DNA of 64,000 bases from an uncultured Duncaniella sp. (GTDB lineage Bacteria > Bacteroidota > Bacteroidia > Bacteroidales > Muribaculaceae). The translations under genes and the position numbers were made by a program. Below are positions 11,301 to 19,970 of this stretch, one piece after another (within the stretch, counting starts at the first letter, position 1; each line of letters begins with the position of its first letter). The notes beneath the pieces were generated by a model. It was not told the origin of the DNA, did no database searches, and saw nothing but the letters and a program-made list of their open reading frames with translations. Location of the stretch: positions 360 to 64,359 of the forward strand of contig CAJUGS010000014.1 of NCBI GenBank assembly GCA_910586305.1, read 5' to 3'.

Positions 11301-11532
11301 CGTCAAGAACATATCATTGGGCTATACTTTCCCGAAACAGCTGATCAAGCGTGCAAGCATCGAGAACCTCCGCCTCTATTTCAACGTGCAGAATCCTTTC
11401 ACATTCACCCGCTACAAAGGATTCGACCCAGAAATCGGAGCCTACAACTACAACGTGCTCACACGCGGCATCGACTATGCCCGCTATCCGTCACAGGTGA
11501 TCTACACCTTCGGACTCAATGTCTCACTTTAA
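8377..11532 (+). CDS. SusC/RagA-family TonB-dependent outer-membrane transporter
   Basis: 1051 aa. CarboxypepD_reg-like N-terminus (GVVRGADDNMPLIGATVRV), TonB box/plug (DEVVVVGYGTMKRSDLTGSV), C-terminal barrel ending in F. Immediately followed by SusD. Confidence 0.95.
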   Translation: MQVALKKQRHLLRLIVAVLLGCVVFPSFAQDFKLTGVVRGADDNMPLIGATVRVQSGAVTVTDADGAFSVNVRKGQTVTFSYIGYTTQSIKVSDRSKVEIYLKEDSRTLDEVVVVGYGTMKRSDLTGSVVSVSAEDIKKTVATSLDQALQGRAAGVQVTQNSGAPGGGISVSIRGTNSLNGNEPLYVVDGVPLSGQADGNSNALSAINPSDIVSMEVLKDASATAIYGSRASNGVIMITTRRGEAGKTKLSYEGYYGIQNIPDRLDVMDLRQFATYRNLRAEVMGFGATKEFADVSILGKGTDWQDEIFRTAHMHNHQLTVSGGNDWGKYAIGLGYLGQDGIAIGSDFERLSGRINIDTNITKWLSFGVSASLSRTKQTNTIDNGNIIRTALDQHPNVPVRNPDGSYGYQTEDNNFGTFYANPVADALLREDYNRGTDFYGNLFADFKIIDGLNLRVEYGGGFNYSNHYYYRPTYDYGYFIQDSESSRSASNGKNYFFKTFLTYDKHIRNHSFNVMIGHESSENEYEYLSGSRKNYFLNSVHELVAGDALTAKNNSSRGSGSMESYFGRANYNFADRYLLTFTLRADGSSNFGKANRWGWFPSAAFGWRISQEKFMKNVEPVNNLKLRLGWGIVGNQNAGAYAYGTTMASSATIWGAGFYAGNYSNDKLKWEETKSYNVGLDLTMFNNRLEFIIDAYLKKTDNLLMQASLPDYVTSIISSPWVNAGAIENKGFEWTLNTVNISTRDFSWRTGFTFSLNRNKVTKLYTKTSSITGKIGADTYTNTVVGQPVGQFYGYNVIGMFKEADDFYVKDKNGDFMLDDNFNRILVAIPEGKTIKENEIWYGDYIFEDVNKDGVINESDRKFIGNPEPKFTYGFNTTLTYKDFDFNLSLVGVQGNKVFNYLRQVYTDPMRNSNLLLETTRLANVGLIDPDGGHTFENMHVINSDARICRIALDNSNNNNRMSSYFVEDGSYLRVKNISLGYTFPKQLIKRASIENLRLYFNVQNPFTFTRYKGFDPEIGAYNYNVLTRGIDYARYPSQVIYTFGLNVSL

Positions 11533-11543
11533 CCTGAACACCA

Positions 11544-13127
11544 ATGAAAAAACTATATATTCCATTGATCGCGATCGCTGCCGCTTCATGCGTTGCATCA
11601 TGCAGCGACGACTATCTTGAGAAACTCCCGCAGGGAAACTATGTGGACGGAACTTTCTATGTCTCCGACAAAGCACTCGAATCAGCGACATCCGTACTCT
11701 ATAACAGGCCCTGGTTTGAATATAACGGAGAAGGCGCGCTTTGCATCAGCAGTCTCGCCAATGAATGTTTCGACGCCTGGAACTTCCCGCAGTTCAACAC
11801 CATGCAGGTCACCGCACTTGACAGCCACCTGTCAAACATCTGGAGGTCATTCTATGCCGTAGTGACGATGTCAAACTCTGTCATTGAGGCCTGCGAGACC
11901 AAAGCGACAGCCGACTGCACCGAAGAGGGAATCCATCGCGCCATCGGTGAGGCGCGCCTGATGCGTGCTGCCGCATATTTCTATGCCCTGCGTCTATGGG
12001 GCCCGGTTATCCTCTTCGAACACAATCAGGAGATAGTCGACAACCCTGTGCGGCCTCTCAACAAGGAAGAAGACGTGTTCAGATTCATCATCCGTGACCT
12101 TGAATATGCCGCTGAATATCTACCTGAATCATGGACCAAAGGGCGCGCCACCTGCTGGGCCGCAAAAGCTCTTCTTGCAAAAGTCTACCTCAGCCGCTCC
12201 GGATGGAACGGAGGAAACCGCGACGAGGCCGACCTTGAAAAATGCAAGGAACTCTGCGAGGACGTCTGCACCAAAAGCGGACTGAAACTGCTCCCCACAT
12301 ATGCCGATCTCTTCAAATACAAATTCAACAACAATGAGGAATCTCTGCTGGCCATGCAGTGGGTACCTCTCGGAGAATGGGGAACACAGAACACGCTTTA
12401 CTCTATCCTCTCATTCTCTGACATCTCCGGAGGCGTAGCCGCATGGGGTTCTCCATTCGCACCGCTCGAAATGCTCGACCAGTACGAACATTCCGATACA
12501 ATCCGCCGCAACGCCACATATTTCACCCAGCACTCGTTCTATCCCGAACTCTGCATGGACAAAGGCGGCTATCACTACGACAAGGAAAACGCCCAGCTCA
12601 AGAAAGGCGCCATCGGTGGGCCTGACGATGACAATGACGGCTATGTGGCTCCCATGAGCTCTCCGCTCAACACCTATATAATACGTCTCGCCGACACTTA
12701 TCTTACCTATGCGGAAGCCTGCCTCGGCAATCAGGAAAAACTCACCGGCGGCCCAGGCCTCGAATACTTCAACAAAGTCAGAGAAAGAGCCATGATCGAC
12801 CCCAAGACATCCGTGACATTCGATGACATTATCCGTGAGCGCCGCATTGAATTCTGTTTGGAATACACCAACTGGTATGAATACATCACCTGGTTCAAAT
12901 GGAAACCTGAAAAGATTCTCAATCTGATCAACAATCAGGAACGTGGCACCCGCGCTGACAAAATCAAAAAAGATTCCGACGGCGAACTGATAATCGAAGG
13001 CATCATCCAGCCTACCTCACCGGTAGTCGTGATAGCAAGCAAGATGTTCATGCCCTATCCTGAAAACGATGTGATCCAGAATCCGCTGCTCAAAGCAGAA
13101 CCTGTCAGCTATAATTTCAAGGACTAA
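11544..13127 (+). CDS. SusD/RagB-family nutrient-binding outer-membrane lipoprotein
   Basis: Lipoprotein signal (AAASCVASCSDDYLEK), 527 aa, TPR-like SusD pattern (RAAAYFYALRLWG, KALLAKVYL). Positioned 11 nt after SusC. Confidence 0.92.
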   Translation: MKKLYIPLIAIAAASCVASCSDDYLEKLPQGNYVDGTFYVSDKALESATSVLYNRPWFEYNGEGALCISSLANECFDAWNFPQFNTMQVTALDSHLSNIWRSFYAVVTMSNSVIEACETKATADCTEEGIHRAIGEARLMRAAAYFYALRLWGPVILFEHNQEIVDNPVRPLNKEEDVFRFIIRDLEYAAEYLPESWTKGRATCWAAKALLAKVYLSRSGWNGGNRDEADLEKCKELCEDVCTKSGLKLLPTYADLFKYKFNNNEESLLAMQWVPLGEWGTQNTLYSILSFSDISGGVAAWGSPFAPLEMLDQYEHSDTIRRNATYFTQHSFYPELCMDKGGYHYDKENAQLKKGAIGGPDDDNDGYVAPMSSPLNTYIIRLADTYLTYAEACLGNQEKLTGGPGLEYFNKVRERAMIDPKTSVTFDDIIRERRIEFCLEYTNWYEYITWFKWKPEKILNLINNQERGTRADKIKKDSDGELIIEGIIQPTSPVVVIASKMFMPYPENDVIQNPLLKAEPVSYNFKD

Positions 13128-13153
13128 AATAGTGGTATATCAAACGAAATAAC

Positions 13154-14674
13154 ATGATAACAATGAAAAACTATATAAGCTGTTTCTGCGTGGCCATCGT
13201 GTGCATGATGCAGATGCTGTGTTTTGTCTCCTGCAAATCAGACGGAGATGACGGAGTTCAGCCTGTGATCACCGGAGTCCGCGCGATTGATCCGGAAAAG
13301 GCCGACAGCCTGTTCACCGAATCAGACCCCTGGGATATAATTGTCCTCGTAGGCCGTAATCTCGGCGGGGCGAAAGAGATCTACATTAACGACCAGAAGG
13401 TTTCTTTCAACCCCACGTATGCCACCCCGACCCACATAATACTCTCGATTCCTGGCGAGCTTAAGCTCGTGGGTGCCAATCCTGAACTGAAATCAGAGAT
13501 CAGAGTTGTCACCAGCCACGGCACCGCTACATATGCGTTCCACATCAACTCCCCGGCTCCATATCTCATATCATATACTGCCGACTGGACCGATGACATG
13601 CCACTGTTGCCCGGACAGGAGATACGCATTAAAGGTGAAAACTTCTATGAAGTGGAAAGTCTCTATCTCACAGACTTCAATCCCCTTGAAGTTGATGACG
13701 ACGGAAACCCGGTCGAGCCGGAAGGTCCGGTGACTAAATATGAGATCACCGACTATGAAATCGGGGCCGATTTCGACCTCATCACCGCAAAACTCCCAGC
13801 CACAGTTCTCGAAAAAGGCTATATCGTGATCGAATGCCACTCCGGATCATCGGTAATCGGATTCACCTCCGCCAAGCCCAATCCGCCGGTAATCGAGGAA
13901 ATTTCATCTGACATGCCTGTATGGGGCGAGCCATGCACTCTCTTCGGCAAGGAATTCAATGATCCTGTGGCCATCATCATCGGCAAAAACGAAATCACTA
14001 TTCCGGCCAAAGACATCACAGTCAATGATGACAAAACTCAGCTCACATTCACACTGCCCACTCTGCCTGAAAAAGGCGGACGCCTGATCCTCGTGACCGA
14101 GCAGGGCCGCGACACAATACCTTTCTATCAGAAGAGCGCCGTACTGATCGACTTCGACAGTTTCGGATGCTATTTCTGGGGCGGAACCGACAGTGGCAAA
14201 GTAGTTGACCAGACTTCAGCCAATAACAAACCGGCCAACACTTCCGGCCAATTCTGGGGAATCGAAGGAACCACACAATTCAACAACGGATGGTGGGGAC
14301 CTCTCTACCTCGGCGAGTCACAGATACCCGACATTCCTGAGAGCACCCCGATCGAAGACATCGAGTTCCGCTACGAATGCTATATGCACTATCCTGAAGT
14401 CGAAGGCATGGAATGCTGGTTCATTCTCTGTGACGGAAGTGACTTCAAGGGCCAGTACACGTTCAACGGCTACCATGATCGCATCACCGGCAAATGCGAG
14501 ACCGGCAGATGGATGTCTTGTTCCATACCGCTGAGAAATCTCGTCACCGGAGGCAGCACCTATGGTGACATCAGACTCTCACTGACATCGGTCTATCTCC
14601 ATCTCTGCAACGAACTGGCCGAACAGGATGTGGCAGTCTACTTCGACAACTTCCGTCTGTATGTCATACAGTAA
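13154..14674 (+). CDS. Surface lipoprotein with three IPT/TIG-like Ig repeats plus a C-terminal ~170-aa domain (SusE/F-position surface glycan-binding protein candidate)
   Basis: Lipobox LCFVSCKSDGDD. Repeats PVITGVRAIDP...GRNLGG, PGQEIRIKGENF, PPVIEEISS...LFGKEF. It occupies the SGBP slot after SusD. Confidence 0.6.
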   Translation: MITMKNYISCFCVAIVCMMQMLCFVSCKSDGDDGVQPVITGVRAIDPEKADSLFTESDPWDIIVLVGRNLGGAKEIYINDQKVSFNPTYATPTHIILSIPGELKLVGANPELKSEIRVVTSHGTATYAFHINSPAPYLISYTADWTDDMPLLPGQEIRIKGENFYEVESLYLTDFNPLEVDDDGNPVEPEGPVTKYEITDYEIGADFDLITAKLPATVLEKGYIVIECHSGSSVIGFTSAKPNPPVIEEISSDMPVWGEPCTLFGKEFNDPVAIIIGKNEITIPAKDITVNDDKTQLTFTLPTLPEKGGRLILVTEQGRDTIPFYQKSAVLIDFDSFGCYFWGGTDSGKVVDQTSANNKPANTSGQFWGIEGTTQFNNGWWGPLYLGESQIPDIPESTPIEDIEFRYECYMHYPEVEGMECWFILCDGSDFKGQYTFNGYHDRITGKCETGRWMSCSIPLRNLVTGGSTYGDIRLSLTSVYLHLCNELAEQDVAVYFDNFRLYVIQ

Positions 14675-14713
14675 ACCTCAAAACAGCCACTAACACAGAT
14701 ATAACAAAACGAT

Positions 14714-16246
14714 ATGAGACATCTGAATATAATTCCAATCGTTCTATCTCTGTTGCTTTCATTCGGCAGCCTCTCATGTTCCGACAACAATGACGTCTAT
14801 GACACAGAAGACATCCACTTCGTGCTCGAAAACGATGTACTGTCATTTCAGAGAGAAAGCAACTCTAACAACTTCCGCATCAAGTCAGCTGTCACTCCGC
14901 AGATCTCATGCAGCGAAAACTGGGTCAGCCTCAAGCTCGAACGCCTGACCGCTTCAATCTATCGCCTCTATGTCACCGTTGATGAAAACAACGGTGACAG
15001 CAGATCGGCAGAGGTGACAATCAAATCCGATAACGAGACCAAGACTCTGACCGTCAATCAGTCGGCCCTTGCCCAGGCTTCAGTGCATGAAATAGCTGAC
15101 TGGCTGGGTCTGGGATGGAATCCCGGCAACCAGATGGATGCCTACAAAAACGGTGTCGCCGACGAACTCTGTGACGGCAACTATCCGCTGACTCAGGAAC
15201 TCTTCAACAAGATCAAGGCAGCCGGCATCAAGACTGTGCGTCTGCCGGTAACATGGTTCGGACATATCGGAGCCGCACCTGACTACAAGATCGACGACCG
15301 CCTCGAACGAGTGGCCGAGATTGTGGGCTATGCCGAAAATGCAGGTCTCAACATAATTGTCAACATCCATCATGACGGTTCTGGCGGCTACGGCTTCTGG
15401 CTCGATTTCAAAGGCGCAGCCGCAAACATAGCCAAAAACCTTGAGGTTGAAGACGAAATCCGCAAAGTATGGACACAAATTGCAGAACGGTTTGTCGACA
15501 CCGGTGATTTTCTGATTTTCGAAGCCTTCAACGAAATCCATGACGGAGACTGGGGCTGGGGCGCGAACACCACAGACAACGGTCACCAGTACCGACTCCT
15601 CAACGAATGGAACCAGCTGTTTGTGAACACCGTGCGTGCCACCGGAGGCAAAAATGCCACACGCTATCTCGGAATCCCCGGCTATGCCGGAGGCTGGGAA
15701 CTTGTGGAGCATCTCGAACTGCCAAAAGACCCCGCTACAGGACGTCTGCTCGTCTCGGTCCACTGCTACTCTCCCGGCAAATTCTGCATGGAATTCTATG
15801 ACGAAGGCGGCAACTGGACATATCTCCCCGAATGGGGCCACACTGCATCCGAAGGCAAATATCCCGCCGATGATGTAGATGAAGAAGGCCTTGCCGACAT
15901 TTTCAAGGGCTTGAAAGAAAGATTCACTGACAAAAACATCCCTGTCTATATCGGTGAATTCACCTGCACCAATCGCCCGGCCGGCCGCGAAAGCGCATTC
16001 CGCGACTACTATCTTGAATATTTCTGCAAGGCAGCTCATGACTGCTGTCTGTCACCTGTGTTCTGGGATAACGGAGGCAAAGGCCTCGGAGCAGGCCAAG
16101 GCGCCATCTTCGACCGTCAAACCGGTGATTTCGTACATTCCAATGCAGCCTCTGTCGCCGCGATGGTACGCGCCGTTTCCGACCACAGTCCCGAATATAC
16201 TCTTGAAAGTATCTATGAAAGAGCTCCCGCTCCTGAGGCAATGTAA
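14714..16246 (+). CDS. BACON-domain + GH5 endo-glycanase lipoprotein (subfamily unresolved)
   Basis: Lipobox SFGSLSCSDNN. BACON-like N-terminal domain (CSENWVSLKL...AEVTIKSDNETKTLTVNQ). GH5 motifs VRLPVTW, IVNIHHD, FEAFNEIHD (acid/base Glu), VYIGEF (nucleophile Glu). Confidence 0.85.
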   Translation: MRHLNIIPIVLSLLLSFGSLSCSDNNDVYDTEDIHFVLENDVLSFQRESNSNNFRIKSAVTPQISCSENWVSLKLERLTASIYRLYVTVDENNGDSRSAEVTIKSDNETKTLTVNQSALAQASVHEIADWLGLGWNPGNQMDAYKNGVADELCDGNYPLTQELFNKIKAAGIKTVRLPVTWFGHIGAAPDYKIDDRLERVAEIVGYAENAGLNIIVNIHHDGSGGYGFWLDFKGAAANIAKNLEVEDEIRKVWTQIAERFVDTGDFLIFEAFNEIHDGDWGWGANTTDNGHQYRLLNEWNQLFVNTVRATGGKNATRYLGIPGYAGGWELVEHLELPKDPATGRLLVSVHCYSPGKFCMEFYDEGGNWTYLPEWGHTASEGKYPADDVDEEGLADIFKGLKERFTDKNIPVYIGEFTCTNRPAGRESAFRDYYLEYFCKAAHDCCLSPVFWDNGGKGLGAGQGAIFDRQTGDFVHSNAASVAAMVRAVSDHSPEYTLESIYERAPAPEAM

Positions 16247-16302
16247 CTACACTATATAATAGGTGCAATTAATAAATATCTAAGGTCGTTTTTTAATCGT
16301 AT

Positions 16303-16356
16303 CCTCTGTCCGTGTCAGCGACAGAACCGGAGGCTGACACGGTCAGAGGATTTTTC
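16303..16356 (+). terminator. Intrinsic-terminator-like hairpin between GH5 and the next GH43
   Basis: cctctgtccgtgtcagc (16303-16319) pairs with gctgacacggtcagagg (16333-16349): 17 bp with one central mismatch and a 13-nt loop, followed by aTTTTT (16350-16355). Confidence 0.6.
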
Positions 16357-16368
16357 ATACTATTCGCC

Positions 16369-17799
16369 ATGAATAAAGCAGTTCACCGCCACATAACGGC
16401 AACAGCCATCGGTCTGACAATCGCTGCCACAGCCTGGGCACAGCGTCCGATAGTGCAGACCAATTTCACTCCCGATCCGGCTCCGATGGTCTACAATGAT
16501 ACCTTCTATATCTATACCGGCCATGATGAGGACGGCCGCCACGATGAATTCGTAATGAATGAGTGGAGAGTATATTCATCAAAAGACATGGTTAACTGGA
16601 CCGACCACGGCTCTCCGATGTCCCTTGACACCTTCAGCTGGGCCGAATGGGGCGCCTGGGCCTCACAATGTATCGAGCGCAACGGTAGATTCTACTGGTA
16701 TGTATGCTGCGTGGACAGCAACACTCACGACATGGCTATAGGCGTGGCCGTAGCCGACAGTCCAACAGGACCATTCACCGACGCTATAGGAGCGCCCCTT
16801 GTCAGTGATCCGGGCGGCTATATTGACCCTACAGTCTTCATCGAACCTGACGGAAACGCCTGGCTCTACTGGGGAAACCCCGGCCTGTGGTGCTGCAAAC
16901 TGAACCACGACATGATATCCTATGATAAAAATTTTACCATCAGCGGAAATCATGCCGAAAAAGTCAAGGATGGCGTCTACAAATTCATTCAGACCGAAGA
17001 TTCCTTCGGCGGACCGGAGAAACTTGCCGAAGGCACTGCCTTCACTGATTACAAAGACCTCTACGAAGAAGGGCCCTGGTTCTACAAACGCAACGGCAGC
17101 TACATTCTCGCCTATGCCGCAGGCGGAGTTCCGGAACACATATCGTATTCGGTAAGCGACTCCCCCTGGGGACCGTGGAAATACGCCGGACAGATCATGC
17201 CCCTTCAGGAAATGGGCTCATTCACCAACCATTGCGGAATAGCCGACTTCAAAGGACGGCACTATTTCGCCTATCACTGCGGCACTCTTCCCGGCGGCAG
17301 CGGTTTCAACCGGTCTACGGCGATCGAACAGTTTGAATACAATCCTGACGGCTCTCTCCCGATAATCCTTCCCACGACCAAAGGCCCGGACCCGGTCGGC
17401 ACACTCAACCCTTACTCCCGCGTCGAAGCCGAGACTATAGCCTGGTCAGAAGGTCTGAAGACTGAGCCGAACGCAAAGACAGGCATCTATGTTTCCGACA
17501 TACACAATGGTGACTATCTTCAGGTGCGCGAAGTTGATTTCGGCAAAAAATCGCCCTCGCGGCTGACTGTCTCGGTGGCAAGCGCACTCCGGGGAGGAAC
17601 ACTCAACGTCTACTCCGGCGGCACAGACGGGCAACTCATTGCCTCGGTCAAAGTCCCACCGACCGGCGGCTGGGAAGAATGGAAATCCGTGACTGTGCCA
17701 GTAACCGCTCCTGTCACCGGCATCCATGACCTCACCTTCGCCTTCAGCGGCCGGAAAGGCTGCAAGCTTTTCAATTTCGATTTCTGGAAATTCGACTGA
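16369..17799 (+). CDS. GH43 glycoside hydrolase with C-terminal CBM6-like module
   Basis: Start moved to ATG 16369 (MNKAVHRH...AWAQ signal peptide) because the ORF-track GTG start at 16312 lies inside the terminator hairpin. GH43 motifs FTPDPAPMVYND, IDPTVFIEPDG, YEEGPWFYKRNG. The CBM6-like tail ends in FNFDFWKF. Confidence 0.85.
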   Translation: MNKAVHRHITATAIGLTIAATAWAQRPIVQTNFTPDPAPMVYNDTFYIYTGHDEDGRHDEFVMNEWRVYSSKDMVNWTDHGSPMSLDTFSWAEWGAWASQCIERNGRFYWYVCCVDSNTHDMAIGVAVADSPTGPFTDAIGAPLVSDPGGYIDPTVFIEPDGNAWLYWGNPGLWCCKLNHDMISYDKNFTISGNHAEKVKDGVYKFIQTEDSFGGPEKLAEGTAFTDYKDLYEEGPWFYKRNGSYILAYAAGGVPEHISYSVSDSPWGPWKYAGQIMPLQEMGSFTNHCGIADFKGRHYFAYHCGTLPGGSGFNRSTAIEQFEYNPDGSLPIILPTTKGPDPVGTLNPYSRVEAETIAWSEGLKTEPNAKTGIYVSDIHNGDYLQVREVDFGKKSPSRLTVSVASALRGGTLNVYSGGTDGQLIASVKVPPTGGWEEWKSVTVPVTAPVTGIHDLTFAFSGRKGCKLFNFDFWKFD

Positions 17800-17822
17800 T
17801 CCATAACACCCGCACAGAAACA

Positions 17823-19919
17823 ATGAAAAAAATCCAACTTCTCATAGCATCGGCATTACTGTCCGTCACCACCTCATTCGGCCAACAGAAATCATGGACT
17901 GCCGACAACGGCAACGGCACTTTCACAAACCCGCTGTTCTACGATGAATTTTCCGACCCTGACATCATCCGTGTCAATGACACATTCTATCTTGTCGGGA
18001 CCACCATGCACTGCAATCCAGGACTCGTGGTCCTCGAATCAAAAGATCTTGTCAACTGGGACTTCTGCAGTTACGCCTTCGACCGAATAGACATCGACGA
18101 TCCTCGCTTCCGGCTCGAAGACGGCAAAGAAGCATACGGACAGGGCATATGGGCCCCGTGCATACGTTATCATGACGGAACTTTCTACATCTTTTCCAAC
18201 ATAAACGGAATAGGCATGCAGGTCTACACAGCCTCTGACCCGAAAGGGCCCTGGAAACATTACAGCCTCGGAGGCTGGATACATGACCTGTCTGTACTCT
18301 TTGACAACGGCCGCATATACGCCATCCACGGCTACGACGAAGTGCACTGCATCGAGATCAAGCCTGATTTCAGCGGCTATGTAGATGGCAGCGACCGTTG
18401 CATCATACCCGCCGGAAACGCTATGGGTGAAGGCCACCACGCCTACAAGATCGACGGGAAATACTATATCATCAGCGCCGACTACTCCCCTATGGGACGC
18501 ATGATGTGTGCGCGCGCCGACCGCCTCGAAGGACCCTACGAAACCCGCGTCATCAGCTGCCGTGAAACCCTGGGCACTGAACATTCCACATGGGCCACAG
18601 ACATCCCTATGGACGGCGCCATGCCGGAACCGGGCAAATGGCGCCTGAAAACCGGCAAACCGAATGCCGACAACATGGGCTGCGCCACACTCCACCAGGG
18701 CGGAATAGTACAGCTCGAAAATGGCGACTGGTGGGGCTTTTCGATGCTTGACTTCCTTGCCGTGGGCCGCACCACCTGCCTGTCGCCTGTGACATGGGTG
18801 GACGGATGGCCCTATTTCGGCCTCCCCGGCAACCTTGGCCGCACGCCGCGCACTTGGCTGAAACCGCAGGTCAGCGCAACAGTGAAACCACACGCACCCT
18901 ACACCCGCAGCGACAATTTCGACAGCGGCCGGCTCCAGCCCGTCTGGCAGTGGAACCATCTGCCAGATGACAGCCAGTGGTCTCTGCGCAAAGGCCGTCT
19001 ACGGCTGAACTCACTTCCGGCCAAAGATCTCTATTGGGCAAAAAACACCCTCACCCAGCGTGGCATAGGTCCGGTATCCGTAGCCACAGTGACCCTCGAC
19101 GCATCCAAAATGAAGAAAGGCGATGTGGCAGGTCTCGGACTGCTCAACATTCCGTATGAATGGATAGGCATCGAGGTAAAAGACAACGGGCCGGTCATAA
19201 GCTTCTATGACCTTGGAACCGACACAACCATCGAGCAGCCTCTTAAAAAACCGGAACTGCACCTGCGAATAACAGGCGACTTCGAGCACGAATGGGCGCA
19301 GTTCAGCTACAGTACCGACGGCCAAAGTTTCAATGACATAGGCGGCAGAATGGTGATCCCCTATCAGACAAAAACCTTCCAGGGTGCACGCTATGCCCTC
19401 TTCGCGTTCAACCGTCTTCTCTCCAAAGGCGGCTATGCCGAATTCGACAATTTCACCGTTGACGAACCGCTTGCCGACCGCAGCGGCAACATTCCGCTCG
19501 GCAAGACCGTCACCATAAGTAATCTGGCCAACGGCCACAGACTGGTGGCCCACCGGCGCAAAATGGTGCTCTCGGCATGGCAGGGAGACAAAGACTTTGA
19601 TTCTGTCAACACCCGGTTCAGAGTCCATGACCGAGGCAACGGCAAGGTTGTGCTCGAAGCCGTCAACGGCAATGGCTTCATGACCGTGGCCGGACTCGGC
19701 TTGTCCGGTGACCTCCGCCTGTCAGCCACTGAGACCGATGACTGCCTTTTTATGTGGCAGGACATGCTCCACGGCCAGTGTATGCTTCTGTCTCTGAAAA
19801 CAAACCGCTATGTTGGAACCGATCCGGCATCCGGCGAGACCTATGGAGCCGACTGGCCCGGCACCTCCGCAAGCCGGCTCGGCGGCACTGTATTCCAGTG
19901 GGAAGACTCAGAATTATAA
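17823..19919 (+). CDS. GH43 beta-xylosidase/arabinofuranosidase-like enzyme with C-terminal beta-sandwich and an extra C-terminal domain
   Basis: Signal peptide. FSDPDIIRVNDTFYLVGTT, GIWAPCIRYHDGTFYIF, HDLSVLFDNG, GEGHHAYKIDGKYYI. The XynB-like C-terminal concanavalin-like region plus ~150 further aa bring it to 698 aa. Confidence 0.85.
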   Translation: MKKIQLLIASALLSVTTSFGQQKSWTADNGNGTFTNPLFYDEFSDPDIIRVNDTFYLVGTTMHCNPGLVVLESKDLVNWDFCSYAFDRIDIDDPRFRLEDGKEAYGQGIWAPCIRYHDGTFYIFSNINGIGMQVYTASDPKGPWKHYSLGGWIHDLSVLFDNGRIYAIHGYDEVHCIEIKPDFSGYVDGSDRCIIPAGNAMGEGHHAYKIDGKYYIISADYSPMGRMMCARADRLEGPYETRVISCRETLGTEHSTWATDIPMDGAMPEPGKWRLKTGKPNADNMGCATLHQGGIVQLENGDWWGFSMLDFLAVGRTTCLSPVTWVDGWPYFGLPGNLGRTPRTWLKPQVSATVKPHAPYTRSDNFDSGRLQPVWQWNHLPDDSQWSLRKGRLRLNSLPAKDLYWAKNTLTQRGIGPVSVATVTLDASKMKKGDVAGLGLLNIPYEWIGIEVKDNGPVISFYDLGTDTTIEQPLKKPELHLRITGDFEHEWAQFSYSTDGQSFNDIGGRMVIPYQTKTFQGARYALFAFNRLLSKGGYAEFDNFTVDEPLADRSGNIPLGKTVTISNLANGHRLVAHRRKMVLSAWQGDKDFDSVNTRFRVHDRGNGKVVLEAVNGNGFMTVAGLGLSGDLRLSATETDDCLFMWQDMLHGQCMLLSLKTNRYVGTDPASGETYGADWPGTSASRLGGTVFQWEDSEL

Positions 19920-19936
19920 TCCAACCCGAAACAATT

Positions 19937-19970
19937 ATGAACAGAATAATCATATGAACAGAATAATCAG
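19937..19970 (+). repeat. 17-bp tandem duplication spanning the start codon of the next gene
   Basis: atgaacagaataatca at 19937-19952 is repeated at 19954-19969. Copy 1 encodes the mini-ORF MNRIII-stop (19937-19957), which overlaps the real ATG at 19954. Confidence 0.9.

Noticed and set aside
15080-16039. 319-aa minus-strand ORF antisense to the GH5 gene. Similar long antisense ORFs occur at 18039-18959 (in a GH43), 39329-40207 (in the GH28), 32798-33562 (in trpB), 50152-50868 (in pta), 58363-59232 (in trkA) and 61923-62654 (in the ABC ATPase).
   Set aside because: Each lies wholly inside a confidently identified gene on the other strand. Each has low-complexity, Arg/Gly/Val/Ala-biased composition and no recognisable motifs. 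This is the usual stop-codon-poor antisense frame of moderately GC-rich coding DNA.
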